The position numbers and the translations under genes are program-made. 64,000 nucleotides of DNA. Source: a virus. The stretch is taken from positions 22,248-86,247 of IMG/VR virus record IMGVR_UViG_3300050821_009856. One strand, 5' to 3'. Below, one piece after another: positions 45,140-55,214 of the stretch (positions are counted from its first letter, which is position 1; every line of letters starts with the position of its first letter). The notes below the pieces were generated by a model. That model was not told where the DNA came from. It saw only the letters and a list, made by a program, of their open reading frames with translations, and did no database searches.

Positions 45140-47758
45140 TCAGTTGGTATTGGTGTTGACGGTGAAGCTCAACGGGATCCGCTGATTCCAACCGGTGATA
45201 CCGATCTCCGTTGTAATGGTCGTCACTGGCGGGGCTACGACCACCGAAGCAGAGCTGATGTCCGTGAAGGTCGGATCGAATCTAAAGCCGGTCCGAAGGT
45301 TCTGTAGAATCTGGGCTGCCGTCATGTCGGCAACAGACTGCCCTGGCTGCGTGGCCAGGCCATACTCGGGGTGGAACAACGACGACCCCTGGATGGTCGA
45401 CAGGAAGACCCGAAGTCTCTGGATGATGTTCGTCAGACCAACAGCGTACCGGCTGTCGCCATCTGGCGTCATGAAGATGTCGTTGTCGTTCGTCAGTAGC
45501 AAATCCACCCCACCAACCTGGAGGAGCGGGTCGTAGGGGTTGATGTTCGGATTGCCTGGTGGCTGCCAGTCTGGCTGAGCCGGCTGCCCTTGGGAGGGCA
45601 GGTACAAGAGCTGTGTACTGTTGACGGTCTGCGGCAGGAACGAGAAAAGCGTTGCTCCCGCGGCGGTCGTGAACTGGTCGAGGTTCGGCGTACCGTCAAG
45701 GGTGAGAACGGAGACGGCGTCACTGAGCTTCCGGATAGCAACGACGTGTCTGACCTGTCTCGTGACGGTCTGGCTCTGCAGCCAAACCGACTGGTTGACG
45801 TTCAGATTCAAAGAGTCGCTGACCTGGATGTCAGAGCCGTGACCGTTCGTCAGCAGGGCCTCATTGAAGCCAACCTCGTCAACATACGGGGCTCGAAGGT
45901 TGTTCAGGGCTGCGATCTCAATCCACCGACTGGCATCCCCAAGGTACCGCGCCGCGACCATCTCCAGGGTGGAGCCAGTAGGGAAGGGGATAGCATACTT
46001 GCTGGAGGGAACGGTAAAGCTGATGCCAGATTGATTAGCCAGGGCAGCAACGTACTCCAGGGCTGTGATGCGGTTCGTGTCGTCGATCGCCGTGCTTGCG
46101 GCCAGGCGGCCAACCTCGATGACTGCCTGATTAAGGGCGAACATCAACTCCCAGTCGTCATCTGTGGGCGTCCTGGTGGTTGCCACGGGAGGCAGAAGCC
46201 CGTAGTTCGACGCGTACTTCGCTGAACCGGCGCCCACGAAGTTCGAATAGTCCACGATGAACTGCAGGAGCGTCTCGCGGATGGTCTCAAAGTCCAGACG
46301 GGTCATCTGGCGGATGTTCTGCTTGTACGTGATGATTTTCCGGTTGACGGTCGGCTGGATACTGAGCGAGCCCAGGGAGAAACTGCTGAACAGGTCGGCG
46401 TTGCTATCCGGATCCTCGAAAATTAACGTGATTGGGTCCGTCTCTCCAAAGCCCAGGTGGAATTGCCCTTGCAGTTGCTGTATCAGTTGCTGCTGGGTGA
46501 CAGCCAATGGTCCATTCTGGGTCGAGCCTACGCCACTGACAGCAGACAGGGCCCTCAGCTCGTCTCGAATGGCTTGAACCTCAGCGCTCAGTCTCGTGTT
46601 GTTCTGCAGCGGTTGGCCATTGAAGTTTCTGTTGCTGCCACTGGCTACGGCCAGGATGATGGGGATCTTCAGGTCCTGGAGGATGTTTACAGGTAGATCC
46701 AGAGCCGTAAATCCAAGGCCAAGGGCATCCTTACAGTAGGCGACGACCTCGCGGAGGGGCTGGAAGACCTTAGCGTCAACGTTGCTACTGAAGCCGACCA
46801 GGACTGACTTCAGGTTCTGAAGAGCAAGTCGAGCCGTTTGCAAATGCGCGAGGGCGCGTCCAAGCTGATTCGGATCCTTGATAGCCGGTAGGATGGTCGG
46901 AGGAATGCTCAGGCCATCGTCGAGTTCGTCGCCGCTGATTCGCCGCCACGCCTTGAAGGCCAGAGAGTACCTGTACTCCATGGGGGACTCGGCGCTCCGG
47001 CGCAACTCGAACATCTGAGGCGTCACCAGGTAGACGTCGTTATCCTTCCAGATGGCCAGGGCCAATCGATAATCGCGTCCATCCGGAGTTTTCTTGAGGT
47101 TGACGTACGCCTCCAGGAACTGCTTCAGCAACTGGAACTGGTAATAGCCAGTCGCGTGGCTAAACTCTCCCGTGACGTCTGAATCGGTGATGATGTTGTC
47201 AGGGACTCCGAAGACACCAGAGTTGACGGCAAACTGAGAGGCTGTGGAGATTATATTCGTGGCCTGTTTGGCCGTAGGATTGAGGGTGGCAGAGACACCC
47301 TGAACAATGCCAGCAAAGATGGCCCCGGCGACAGCTTGCGGAATCGCGCCACCGCTGAACGGAGAGCCGCGGATCGGCAGGTGTCCTGTAGTCCCCTGGA
47401 CGGTAATCATCCTGATTGGAGCAGCGTTGTGCTCTTCCACGATGCCACCGAGCGTAACCGTCGTGCTGATGGCGAAGGGGGTAGAAATGGTGAGTGCCTC
47501 AGGAGGGATTGGCAACGTGAAGACGCCAGACATGTCCCGGGCATATCCAGCCACACTGCCGGGTACGCGCTTCAGGAAAATGAGCTGATACGGAAAAGAC
47601 TTGTCCCATCGGGTCTCATCGATGACCGCCTGGGACCACATCGTGTCCTGGGTCGGTGCAGTCAAGGCTCCCGAGGTCGACGGAATCTGAGGGATACCGT
47701 TGGCCCGAGCCAGCTCCGTCACCGCGAAGCGGTTCGTCAGCTGTTGGATGGTCGCCAT
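45140..47758 (-). CDS. multidomain baseplate protein (tube initiator-like + LysM-like + gp25-like)
   Basis: FTLPIPPE; STLEMVAARYLGDASRWIEIAALNNL; GLTNIIQRL..T..GS..FHPEYG. Confidence 0.7.
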   Translation of the reverse strand: MATIQQLTNRFAVTELARANGIPQIPSTSGALTAPTQDTMWSQAVIDETRWDKSFPYQLIFLKRVPGSVAGYARDMSGVFTLPIPPEALTISTPFAISTTVTLGGIVEEHNAAPIRMITVQGTTGHLPIRGSPFSGGAIPQAVAGAIFAGIVQGVSATLNPTAKQATNIISTASQFAVNSGVFGVPDNIITDSDVTGEFSHATGYYQFQLLKQFLEAYVNLKKTPDGRDYRLALAIWKDNDVYLVTPQMFELRRSAESPMEYRYSLAFKAWRRISGDELDDGLSIPPTILPAIKDPNQLGRALAHLQTARLALQNLKSVLVGFSSNVDAKVFQPLREVVAYCKDALGLGFTALDLPVNILQDLKIPIILAVASGSNRNFNGQPLQNNTRLSAEVQAIRDELRALSAVSGVGSTQNGPLAVTQQQLIQQLQGQFHLGFGETDPITLIFEDPDSNADLFSSFSLGSLSIQPTVNRKIITYKQNIRQMTRLDFETIRETLLQFIVDYSNFVGAGSAKYASNYGLLPPVATTRTPTDDDWELMFALNQAVIEVGRLAASTAIDDTNRITALEYVAALANQSGISFTVPSSKYAIPFPTGSTLEMVAARYLGDASRWIEIAALNNLRAPYVDEVGFNEALLTNGHGSDIQVSDSLNLNVNQSVWLQSQTVTRQVRHVVAIRKLSDAVSVLTLDGTPNLDQFTTAAGATLFSFLPQTVNSTQLLYLPSQGQPAQPDWQPPGNPNINPYDPLLQVGGVDLLLTNDNDIFMTPDGDSRYAVGLTNIIQRLRVFLSTIQGSSLFHPEYGLATQPGQSVADMTAAQILQNLRTGFRFDPTFTDISSASVVVAPPVTTITTEIGITGWNQRIPLSFTVNTNTN

Positions 47759-47764
47759 AGTGGA

Positions 47765-47771
47765 AAGATTA
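47765..47771 (-). promoter_or_regulatory. YAATCTT putative late promoter (leaderless)
   Basis: only 6 nt between the motif and the ATG; no Shine-Dalgarno. Confidence 0.55.
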
Positions 47772-48125
47772 CGTCGATGCTACGAGGAGGCCACCAACGA
47801 ACGTCAGGGTCCCAGTTCCGCCTGCACTCTTGTTGTAACCGATGACCAGTGGAGATCCAGCAGTGCCTAACCCAACCTGGTCGAAGTTCATGGTCGAGAT
47901 GAAGGCGGCGAACGTAGCCCGGAAGGCGTCTACGGCCTGCTGCTGCTGTGAGCTGTTCAGGAATCCCCACTGGAATGGGGTGAACAGCGGAGCGATGACC
48001 TGGGTCGGGCCCGGGATGTTGACACCGCCGGCCAATGCCTCGGCTAGAGTTCCTGTGACGACATCCTTCATCGGCGTCAGGATGCCAGTGTTCTGGTTGG
48101 TAGTGACCTGGAGTGCGCTCGGCAT
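47769..48125 (-). CDS. putative virion protein
   Basis: follows the spike gene; C-terminal TLTFVGGLL. Confidence 0.6.
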   Translation of the reverse strand: MPSALQVTTNQNTGILTPMKDVVTGTLAEALAGGVNIPGPTQVIAPLFTPFQWGFLNSSQQQQAVDAFRATFAAFISTMNFDQVGLGTAGSPLVIGYNKSAGGTGTLTFVGGLLVAST

Positions 48126-48127
48126 AG

Positions 48128-49150
48128 TTAGCTCGTAAAATTCTGGGTAGACAGGACGTTAGCTACGGCTGTCTCAAAGGCCTGGATTGTCACCTGCATG
48201 GTCGTCACGATGGCCGCGGCTAAGGTGATGTTGGTACCTGCAGCCAGGAAGCCAGGAGCTGCGATTGCCCCGCCGATAATCGGGATGGCGTTTGGAACGC
48301 TGGCTGCAGACAGGGCTGCCCCTGCGGCTGCAAGGAGGCCGCTCAAGGTAGTCAGGGCTGTCATCAGCGCTGTGTGTAGACTCTGCTGGGCTAACCGGAA
48401 GGTGGTTCCCTTGATGATGGCGTCCAGGGCCGTGTTGCCACCAAGCTGGGTGCCCGCGGAGCTAACAATTGTCGAGTACGAGCCAGAGTTGATTGTGATG
48501 TTCGAGGCCGTCGCGTCGATCTTCACGCTCTGGTTGCCCTGCGTCCAGGTGACGCTCCCATCTTGGGACAGCTTTACATTGGTCCCCTGGGCTGATTGGG
48601 AAGCGGATGACCGAAGAGAACCGTCGGCATTGGTCGCACCGTTAAAGGTCAGCGTGAACTCGCCGTTGTCATTGATGGCTGCTTGGATGCCGTTGAAGCT
48701 CCAGGCTAGGTTGTGACCATCCGATTTCTCGTCGCTGTTGTCGTTGGTATCACGGAGGCCACCGAGGATAACGGCGTTTGGCTGGTCGCCGTTGATGCAC
48801 AGCAACAGGACCTTGCTGCCGTCACCGAGGCCGCTTGAGGTGGTGGACTGCCCGGAATCAGCCCGAAGCGTGAAGGTGCTTCGGTCTGCTACGCCACCAA
48901 AGGCGTTGACGACCCAGCAGTTCGGGTACGTCGTAACCGTTCCTGTGTGGTAGGCATCCTTGTGCTGCACCTCGACCCTGTACTCTGTCCAAGTCTTGCT
49001 GATGGACCTCTGGTCAGAGGGGTAAATGATTTCCTTGACCTCGCCAGGCCGCAGCTGGACATTGGTACTCACACCCGGGTTGCCACTTCTGCCGACAGGT
49101 GTCGTGCCGAAGTAGTGGGGAACGATAGTGCCGTCACGAAGCTGCGGCAT
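48128..49150 (-). CDS. baseplate central spike (gpV/gp5-like)
   Basis: OB-fold GSKVLLLCINGD..AVILGG followed by beta-strand repeats. Confidence 0.7.
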   Translation of the reverse strand: MPQLRDGTIVPHYFGTTPVGRSGNPGVSTNVQLRPGEVKEIIYPSDQRSISKTWTEYRVEVQHKDAYHTGTVTTYPNCWVVNAFGGVADRSTFTLRADSGQSTTSSGLGDGSKVLLLCINGDQPNAVILGGLRDTNDNSDEKSDGHNLAWSFNGIQAAINDNGEFTLTFNGATNADGSLRSSASQSAQGTNVKLSQDGSVTWTQGNQSVKIDATASNITINSGSYSTIVSSAGTQLGGNTALDAIIKGTTFRLAQQSLHTALMTALTTLSGLLAAAGAALSAASVPNAIPIIGGAIAAPGFLAAGTNITLAAAIVTTMQVTIQAFETAVANVLSTQNFTS

Positions 49151-51135
49151 TAGGAAGCTCCCGGCGTATTGAAGAAGCTGTTGGGTCCAGACGCATCATT
49201 CAGGGATGTACGGATCGGCGCTCGTTCTCCGCTCTTCAGCTCCGAGGTAACCGCGGGAGCACCGTCAGCAATAGATGTGCCACCAGTTCCGGTCACGTTA
49301 CGGACGCTGAAATACATCTGGACATCACTATTGGTGGTCGTCACGGCGTCTGTTTCAAACCCGGCAGACAGTGACTTCTGAGCTGAAGTATCGGCAAGGA
49401 TACCGTGGCTCACGGCCAGGATTGTCGAGAAGCGCTTCTTGCCGAGAGCGCCGATTTCACAGGTGTGGCTCACGTTCTCGATGTGATAAACGACGCCGTT
49501 GTATTCCAGGTTATCGCCAACAGCAATAGGCGCCTGGATACCTACCGTAGTGAAAGTCCCATTCAAGGTCATCTCTTGACCCATCAAAAAGTCGGAGATG
49601 ATTTGGAGCCAAGTCGAAATACCGTAGCCAGTGGTGTCCTGCTGGCTGCAGGCCACGCTCAGCTGATACGGATGGAGGCCATTCCGTTTCGCATCAGCAT
49701 CGTCGCGGATCGGCGGGTTCCGTACGACCTGCTCTGTCGGGCTGTTGTTGGCTTGCATCATGATGTCCTGTCCTGTCACCATGATAAAGTTGTGGCGAAG
49801 GGCAGAGCTGCGGCCACGCTCGATGCCGCGAATCAGAATCGGATGGAGATGCCACCGGGGTAGTTCCAGGAATGGGGTCACAGCTACATTGGATGGGGCG
49901 TTTTGGGCACCGATTGGAGTCGTGAACGGGAGCTGTCGCACCACAAGGGTGGGGACGACGTCTCCGATCGCATTGGCACGAAGACTGGCGTACATCTCGT
50001 TCACTGCTGGGTTCAGAAACTGGCTGAGAATCGTCCAGACGGAGTTGTCGGTGAAGCTGACAGCCTGGGGCAAGAAGGTTCCAAGCAGAGGATGGCCGGT
50101 CGTAGACCTGCTCCCCGGAATGCCCTCTGAGTCTACGTTGTCTGGAGTGAAGACAATTTGTGGGCCGAGAACGTCGCCAGCGCTACCTTGGTCCATGCTG
50201 TAGCGTTGGACCCCAATGACTGTATCCAAGATGTCTGCAAACGAGAAGACGCCTGAGGCACGCGTTGGCTTGGATTGTCCGAGCAGTGTAGCTACGTCTG
50301 CCGGGATGACGTACGCGTACGGGGCTTCCGTACTGGACGAGCCATCGCTTGTAGACACACCACCAGCAGCTATGTTGAGCCCGCCTGGGGCTGCGAACTG
50401 CTTGCTGACACCGGCTCCAAGGAGGATCTCCACCAACTCGGGCAGAATCAAGTTCGAGTCGATGCCGCCACCATTGGCATCGATGAGTTTGTTCAAGCTT
50501 GTACCCAGGGCTCCCAAGTACTCGCCGATCGACGGGAAGTTCTGCGCCAAGTACTGGTTGTAGAAAATCTGGGAATTCAACTCCTTGAAGGCGCTGCAGT
50601 TCAAGGCGTATCTAAGGGTCTTCAGCCCACCGTCTTCGGTGACACCGATGGTCTCTCGGACGGAGTTGACACGCCCGACGAACTTCAAGCCATCCAGGAA
50701 GTGGTTGCAGGCCTCACGGCTGTTGATCCTCGTAACAATGTTCTTTGCGTCTGCAGACGAGTTGACAATCCAGGCGAACACCCAATCATCTGGGAGGATC
50801 TCCGCCAAATAGTCCCGGTTCGGCATCAACGTGGCCGACATCTGTGGTGAAAACGACTCCTTACTACCATCGACGCGCATCTGGACAACGTCACCGTCGA
50901 TGACCATCACGTCCAGGATGTCTGCCAGGTTGGAGTTGCTGATGGCCTTCGCAGTGGCCATTAGGTCTCTGCTGAAGGTGACCGACAGCTTCCAACGAAC
51001 GACAGCGATGACCCAGGCCGGGTCGAGATCTAGATGGTCGGCCAGCTGTTCACTCCGGACCGTACTCAGGTCATAGGGGAGCGTCCCCGTCGCCGAGGTG
51101 CTGACGAAATCTCGGATGACCGAGTAGCGAGCCAT
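49150..51135 (-). CDS. baseplate hub protein
   Basis: between tape measure and spike; FVGRVNSVR; IAVGD..YHIENVSH. Confidence 0.65.
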   Translation of the reverse strand: MARYSVIRDFVSTSATGTLPYDLSTVRSEQLADHLDLDPAWVIAVVRWKLSVTFSRDLMATAKAISNSNLADILDVMVIDGDVVQMRVDGSKESFSPQMSATLMPNRDYLAEILPDDWVFAWIVNSSADAKNIVTRINSREACNHFLDGLKFVGRVNSVRETIGVTEDGGLKTLRYALNCSAFKELNSQIFYNQYLAQNFPSIGEYLGALGTSLNKLIDANGGGIDSNLILPELVEILLGAGVSKQFAAPGGLNIAAGGVSTSDGSSSTEAPYAYVIPADVATLLGQSKPTRASGVFSFADILDTVIGVQRYSMDQGSAGDVLGPQIVFTPDNVDSEGIPGSRSTTGHPLLGTFLPQAVSFTDNSVWTILSQFLNPAVNEMYASLRANAIGDVVPTLVVRQLPFTTPIGAQNAPSNVAVTPFLELPRWHLHPILIRGIERGRSSALRHNFIMVTGQDIMMQANNSPTEQVVRNPPIRDDADAKRNGLHPYQLSVACSQQDTTGYGISTWLQIISDFLMGQEMTLNGTFTTVGIQAPIAVGDNLEYNGVVYHIENVSHTCEIGALGKKRFSTILAVSHGILADTSAQKSLSAGFETDAVTTTNSDVQMYFSVRNVTGTGGTSIADGAPAVTSELKSGERAPIRTSLNDASGPNSFFNTPGAS

Positions 51136-53588
51136 TACTTTATCAGACGATGGGAACTAGCCGGTTGGGTTGTAGATGCCGATTCATTGGTTTTGTCCAT
51201 GGCCGGATGGTCTGGGGCCTGGCCGCCCAAAGCCTTGTTCAGTTTGTCTACAGTTCCAGTCAGAGCCATGAGCGATTTACCCAGGGCGTCGGCACTGGCG
51301 GCCGAGCTACCGAAGGCCTCAATGTTCTTGCCCTGATTGCCGAGAGTCTTGGCGAGATCTGTCAACCCGGGGCCAAGCGCCTTCAGGGAGTCTGTGATTT
51401 GCTGTTCGATTGCGCCCTGGCCTTCAGCCATGGCCTTCTCTGCACCGCCAAGTCCACCACCAAGCCCCTTGCGGCCCATCAGCTTCCGAGTCTCGATACC
51501 GGACAATCCAGCTTCGATGGCCATCATGCCGATGCCAGCCTCTTCGCCGCCGGCACCATGGCCTCCAGCGAATACTCCCAATCCTTCGATGGCTCGGCGC
51601 TTCTCCTGACCCGTAAGGCTGGCTAGATAGTCTGGCAGAGACTTTCCGGAAGCCTTCGCTTTGCGGATCTCCTCCGACATCATGTCGCCCTGGCCCTGAT
51701 CGACAAACCTGTCAAGCAAAGAGGTCCCTACAGCACCAAGCTGCCTACGGGCCATATCGGAAGTGACACCCATGTACTCGGCGCTAATGGTTCCTTTGCC
51801 GCGGGCCAAGTCTGTCAGCTGCTTGACGTTCATCCCAGACGCCAGGTAGTCCTGGGAATAGATACCACCGCCGGCATTAATGCCGATAGCCGACATGATG
51901 TTGCGACCCTGTTGGAACTGGTCGACCTGTCCTTGAGCGAATCGATTAAGGCCACCTACCCCGGCTTGGAACCGGGCGACCTGGTTCATGTCCCGGATGT
52001 CACCGAACTCTCTGAAGGCCCCCTGGAAGGCCGAGGAGAGACCGGTACCTGAAGTGACGCCCGTGACGTCGAACCCGCTACCGAGGATCCCCTGACCAAG
52101 CTGAAGGCCAGCAGCAGCATTCAGACCAGGTCCGCCCATCGCTGTCCAGGCATTGCCCCCAGATCTCGCCGCACCGGCAAGTACCTCGCCCAGGCCGCCA
52201 TAGCCAGCCGCCGAAGCGGCCATGATATTCCAGGCGTTCTTGCCGGCAAAGCCCTTGCCACCAAGGCCAATCAGGCTCCCGGCGGCACCCATGAACTGAC
52301 CGATATCGTAACCTCCAGCCCTCAGCTTGGCCGCCAGGTCGCCATATGGATCCATGGACTTTGAACCAGAGATGCCGCTACCTCCGACCATACCGAGGCG
52401 CTGGGCTGAAATTCTGGCACCCAAAGAACCAGAGAAGTCCTGAAGAGCCATTGAGGTCAACGGGTCGGCTTCAGCGTACTGACGACCGACATTAGCTAGG
52501 TTCCTCATCATCGAGGTCTGCTGAGCTACGGTTGTGAATGCGCCGAGGGTACCCCCGGCTTGGCCACCGCCGGCAGTGCCACCTGTGACGGCTCCAATAG
52601 TATTTTTTATTCCACCGAAAATACCCTGAAAGGCCTGCTCAACCTGGGCTCCGGTCCCGCTGGTTTGAGCAAGAATTGCCGCTCGGCCTTCGGCATCCGC
52701 CGCAGCCTTGCGTAGACCGAACATCAACGATAGGTCACCACTACGGAGTCTCTCCATCTCGCCGCGGACGGTCCTGCCGCGATCAGACATCAAAGACGAA
52801 CCACGACTCTCGGCCATGACTTCGTTGGTGATGGTCGCCGCACCTGCTACCGCCAGACCCCCGGCTCGGAGACCAAGTCTCATGCCTGGAGACAGCTGTC
52901 GAGCCTGGGTCAGGGGTGCGCCAAAGGGCCCACCGCTACCCTCCACCCAGTTCCCGGTATCGTCGTAGTAGCCAGCCCCTGCCCTAGTGGGGGTCAGCGT
53001 GTTCTGGATCGCCTTGTGCTGTTGCTCCAGGTTTACCAAGTTACTGGCTGCAGCCTGACGAGCAGAGACAGCGCCCCCCAATTGCTGCCCCATCGCCTGG
53101 TATGAGCCAGTCTGGGAGCCGATACCGATGGTCCTCTGAGCGTCTTGAAGGTCGGAGTACTTTGAGGTGAGACTGTCGATCTGTGAGTCGAGATCCTTGA
53201 TGGCCCGCCGTTGCTCTTGGGCGGCTCTCGTGACGACGTCCGACATCACTCGCATTGCCTCTCGACTGACACCCGAGAGGTTCTTCATCGCATTAGCGGA
53301 TTCAGTGAAGCTCGCCGCCAGGGCGTTGCCTGCGTTCCCGCCACCTGAGGTCACCATATTTTGTGGTGACTTCATCGCGGATACTAACTGCTGCTCGTTG
53401 GAGATCCGACCAGTCCCAACGAGGGTTGGTGCCGCCCCGCCAGAACCCGCGGTCAGGCCGCGGCTGGCCTGGACGAAGGACTGAAGGTCTCGGGTGACGT
53501 CGGCAATAGCCGTACGCATTCGCTGGAGAGCTTGCTCATCCAGCTTGAAGATGATGCGAATCTCCTTAGCCGACCCTTCACCCGCCAT
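51135..53588 (-). CDS. tail tape measure protein
   Basis: 817 aa, A/G/S/Q-rich helical; downstream of chaperone-like genes and upstream of hub. Confidence 0.75.
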   Translation of the reverse strand: MAGEGSAKEIRIIFKLDEQALQRMRTAIADVTRDLQSFVQASRGLTAGSGGAAPTLVGTGRISNEQQLVSAMKSPQNMVTSGGGNAGNALAASFTESANAMKNLSGVSREAMRVMSDVVTRAAQEQRRAIKDLDSQIDSLTSKYSDLQDAQRTIGIGSQTGSYQAMGQQLGGAVSARQAAASNLVNLEQQHKAIQNTLTPTRAGAGYYDDTGNWVEGSGGPFGAPLTQARQLSPGMRLGLRAGGLAVAGAATITNEVMAESRGSSLMSDRGRTVRGEMERLRSGDLSLMFGLRKAAADAEGRAAILAQTSGTGAQVEQAFQGIFGGIKNTIGAVTGGTAGGGQAGGTLGAFTTVAQQTSMMRNLANVGRQYAEADPLTSMALQDFSGSLGARISAQRLGMVGGSGISGSKSMDPYGDLAAKLRAGGYDIGQFMGAAGSLIGLGGKGFAGKNAWNIMAASAAGYGGLGEVLAGAARSGGNAWTAMGGPGLNAAAGLQLGQGILGSGFDVTGVTSGTGLSSAFQGAFREFGDIRDMNQVARFQAGVGGLNRFAQGQVDQFQQGRNIMSAIGINAGGGIYSQDYLASGMNVKQLTDLARGKGTISAEYMGVTSDMARRQLGAVGTSLLDRFVDQGQGDMMSEEIRKAKASGKSLPDYLASLTGQEKRRAIEGLGVFAGGHGAGGEEAGIGMMAIEAGLSGIETRKLMGRKGLGGGLGGAEKAMAEGQGAIEQQITDSLKALGPGLTDLAKTLGNQGKNIEAFGSSAASADALGKSLMALTGTVDKLNKALGGQAPDHPAMDKTNESASTTQPASSHRLIK

Positions 53589-53946
53589 GACTCTTCCTTA
53601 GATATTCGATTGCTTTGGAGAGTATTTCTATGCTGTCCTGGGCGCACCCGAGTAACTTGTTGCACCCAGCACACAGTAGACCGCGAACGACCCTAGTCTG
53701 ATGGTCATGGTCTACATTCAGCTGTGAAGACGAGTTCTTTCCGCCCGCCTCTACTGGATTGCCACAGATTGCACAGCAGCCACCTTGTTCGGCGTACAAT
53801 CGTTCATACTCGAACTTTGTGATGCCGTACGCTTTCTCTAGTTTTTGCCAACGAACGGCATCCTTATTTTCATGGTAGTACTGGTTCGCCCGAGCCAGAA
53901 GCTCCTCGCGGTGATCCCGATAGTATTGCTGCTGGTAGGCGGGCAT
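53578..53946 (-). CDS. endonuclease VII-family (likely free-standing homing) endonuclease
   Basis: YGIT..Y..QGGCCAICG..VDHDH..VRGLLCAGCNKLLG; AT-richer than flanks. Confidence 0.9.
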   Translation of the reverse strand: MPAYQQQYYRDHREELLARANQYYHENKDAVRWQKLEKAYGITKFEYERLYAEQGGCCAICGNPVEAGGKNSSSQLNVDHDHQTRVVRGLLCAGCNKLLGCAQDSIEILSKAIEYLRKSHGG

Positions 53947-53958
53947 GGGATTGCTCTA

Positions 53959-53965
53959 AAGATTG
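53959..53965 (-). promoter_or_regulatory. YAATCTT putative late promoter
   Basis: intergenic, upstream of the EndoVII and tape measure genes. Confidence 0.6.
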
Positions 53966-53968
53966 CCG

Positions 53969-54499
53969 TCAGCTGCTTCTGGGGGCGATCGGCACCTGAC
54001 CGAACTCCTCCAGCTTCCTTTCAAGCTCCTCCGGCGTCACGAACTTCATGTCGATCTCAGGCGGGAGGTCCTTAGGGAGCGTACTTGGAAGCGTAGTCTC
54101 AGGGATGAGGCCAGGAGGCGCGACCTGGATGTTAGCCATGGGCACCGCCGGGTTTCCAGGCCTAGATGCAGCTCTCTTGGCCTCTTCTTCCAGGAAGTGG
54201 TGGAACTCCTCGTTCGAGGCCGTCTGGGCATCCTCGGCACGGAGGCGGTCGGCTCGTTGGACCGCCGTCTCCAGAATCAGTTTCTTGATCTCGGCGATAT
54301 CTTCCGGATCTGCAGTCTCGAACTGGTATTCAAAGTAGTGCTGGAGAACGTTCAGGAGCGGGATGTCGTGTTCGACAACGTGTAGGGGCGTTGAAAAGGT
54401 CTGGCTGTACCAGCGCTGCATTCGGCTGATCCGGTAGCCGGCCGTCTCACATAGGACGTCCCTGAATGCCAGGACCTGAATGGCATCAACGAAGCTCAC
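53969..54499 (-). CDS. putative tail assembly chaperone (second part)
   Basis: RWYSQTFSTP motif; position before tape measure; probable GTG start at 54499. Confidence 0.5.
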   Translation of the reverse strand: MSFVDAIQVLAFRDVLCETAGYRISRMQRWYSQTFSTPLHVVEHDIPLLNVLQHYFEYQFETADPEDIAEIKKLILETAVQRADRLRAEDAQTASNEEFHHFLEEEAKRAASRPGNPAVPMANIQVAPPGLIPETTLPSTLPKDLPPEIDMKFVTPEELERKLEEFGQVPIAPRSS

Positions 54500-54737
54500 G
54501 GTGGTCACGCACGGGCCGACTGAGTACCGGCAGAGCCTGACCGAGAACGGCATCCAGATGAAGGGGGAGTAACTCGATGCGGATTCGCGGCATGTTGGCT
54601 GCCTTGCCTACGAATGTCACCTTGGTTACCCCAATCAGCCTTTTGCCATCGAGCTTCACGTAGTTGTTGTCAGGCGAGATCGGCGACCTACTGAGCCGAA
54701 TCTCGATGGTGTGCCCTCTCGATTTCTTCTTGGCCAT
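54486..54737 (-). CDS. small basic hypothetical protein
   Basis: starts 1 nt after the upstream stop. Confidence 0.55.
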   Translation of the reverse strand: MAKKKSRGHTIEIRLSRSPISPDNNYVKLDGKRLIGVTKVTFVGKAANMPRIRIELLPLHLDAVLGQALPVLSRPVRDHRELR

Positions 54738-54738
54738 G

Positions 54739-55149
54739 TTACGCCTTCGCCATCACATTGACCGCGGCGATTTCCTTCTTGGCCGCTTCAGCAGCATCGG
54801 CCAGTTCCTTCCGGAAGTCGTTCTCGACCTTCTCGACCTGGGCGTAGACCGTCTTGACCACGTTATCGTCGAAGAGGTTCATGCCGCCGTTGTTGTCCCT
54901 CCACCATGACGGAGATCCGCCCTCACCAGGCACGATTCGCATCTGACATTCAGCGAACAGCGTGGCCTGGCTAAAGGCCCGCGGAGTGGCATCCGATGGC
55001 CGGGGCCCGAGAATCTCGCGACGGATCCGATCCACTTCCATCTGTTCTCCATGAGAGAGGAGTGGCTTGACCTTGAAGGTACCGGCGAACTCGGTTCCGG
55101 AGGTATCTCCGGTGACCTTGACGATGACTGAGCGGGGCGTGACATCCAT
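54739..55149 (-). CDS. putative tail assembly chaperone
   Basis: GTFKVK..LS..PSWW..D pattern; first gene of the tail operon. Confidence 0.55.
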   Translation of the reverse strand: MDVTPRSVIVKVTGDTSGTEFAGTFKVKPLLSHGEQMEVDRIRREILGPRPSDATPRAFSQATLFAECQMRIVPGEGGSPSWWRDNNGGMNLFDDNVVKTVYAQVEKVENDFRKELADAAEAAKKEIAAVNVMAKA

Positions 55150-55214
55150 GGCGTTACCTGTAGGGGATGGCGTGAGGATCCCCGGATGGGATCGACTCGG
55201 GCCAACGAGACCCC

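Noticed and set aside
23743-53484. Many + strand ORFs within the structural block (e.g. 33141-33605, 41756-42508)
   Set aside because: Shadows of long GC-rich minus-strand genes; Pro-rich products simply mirror Gly codons. Only 32055-32564 has a promoter, lipobox and motif.
54486-55149. Programmed -1 frameshift between tail chaperones
   Set aside because: No X XXY YYZ slippery heptamer noticed at the end of 54739-55149, and an intervening ORF separates the two parts.
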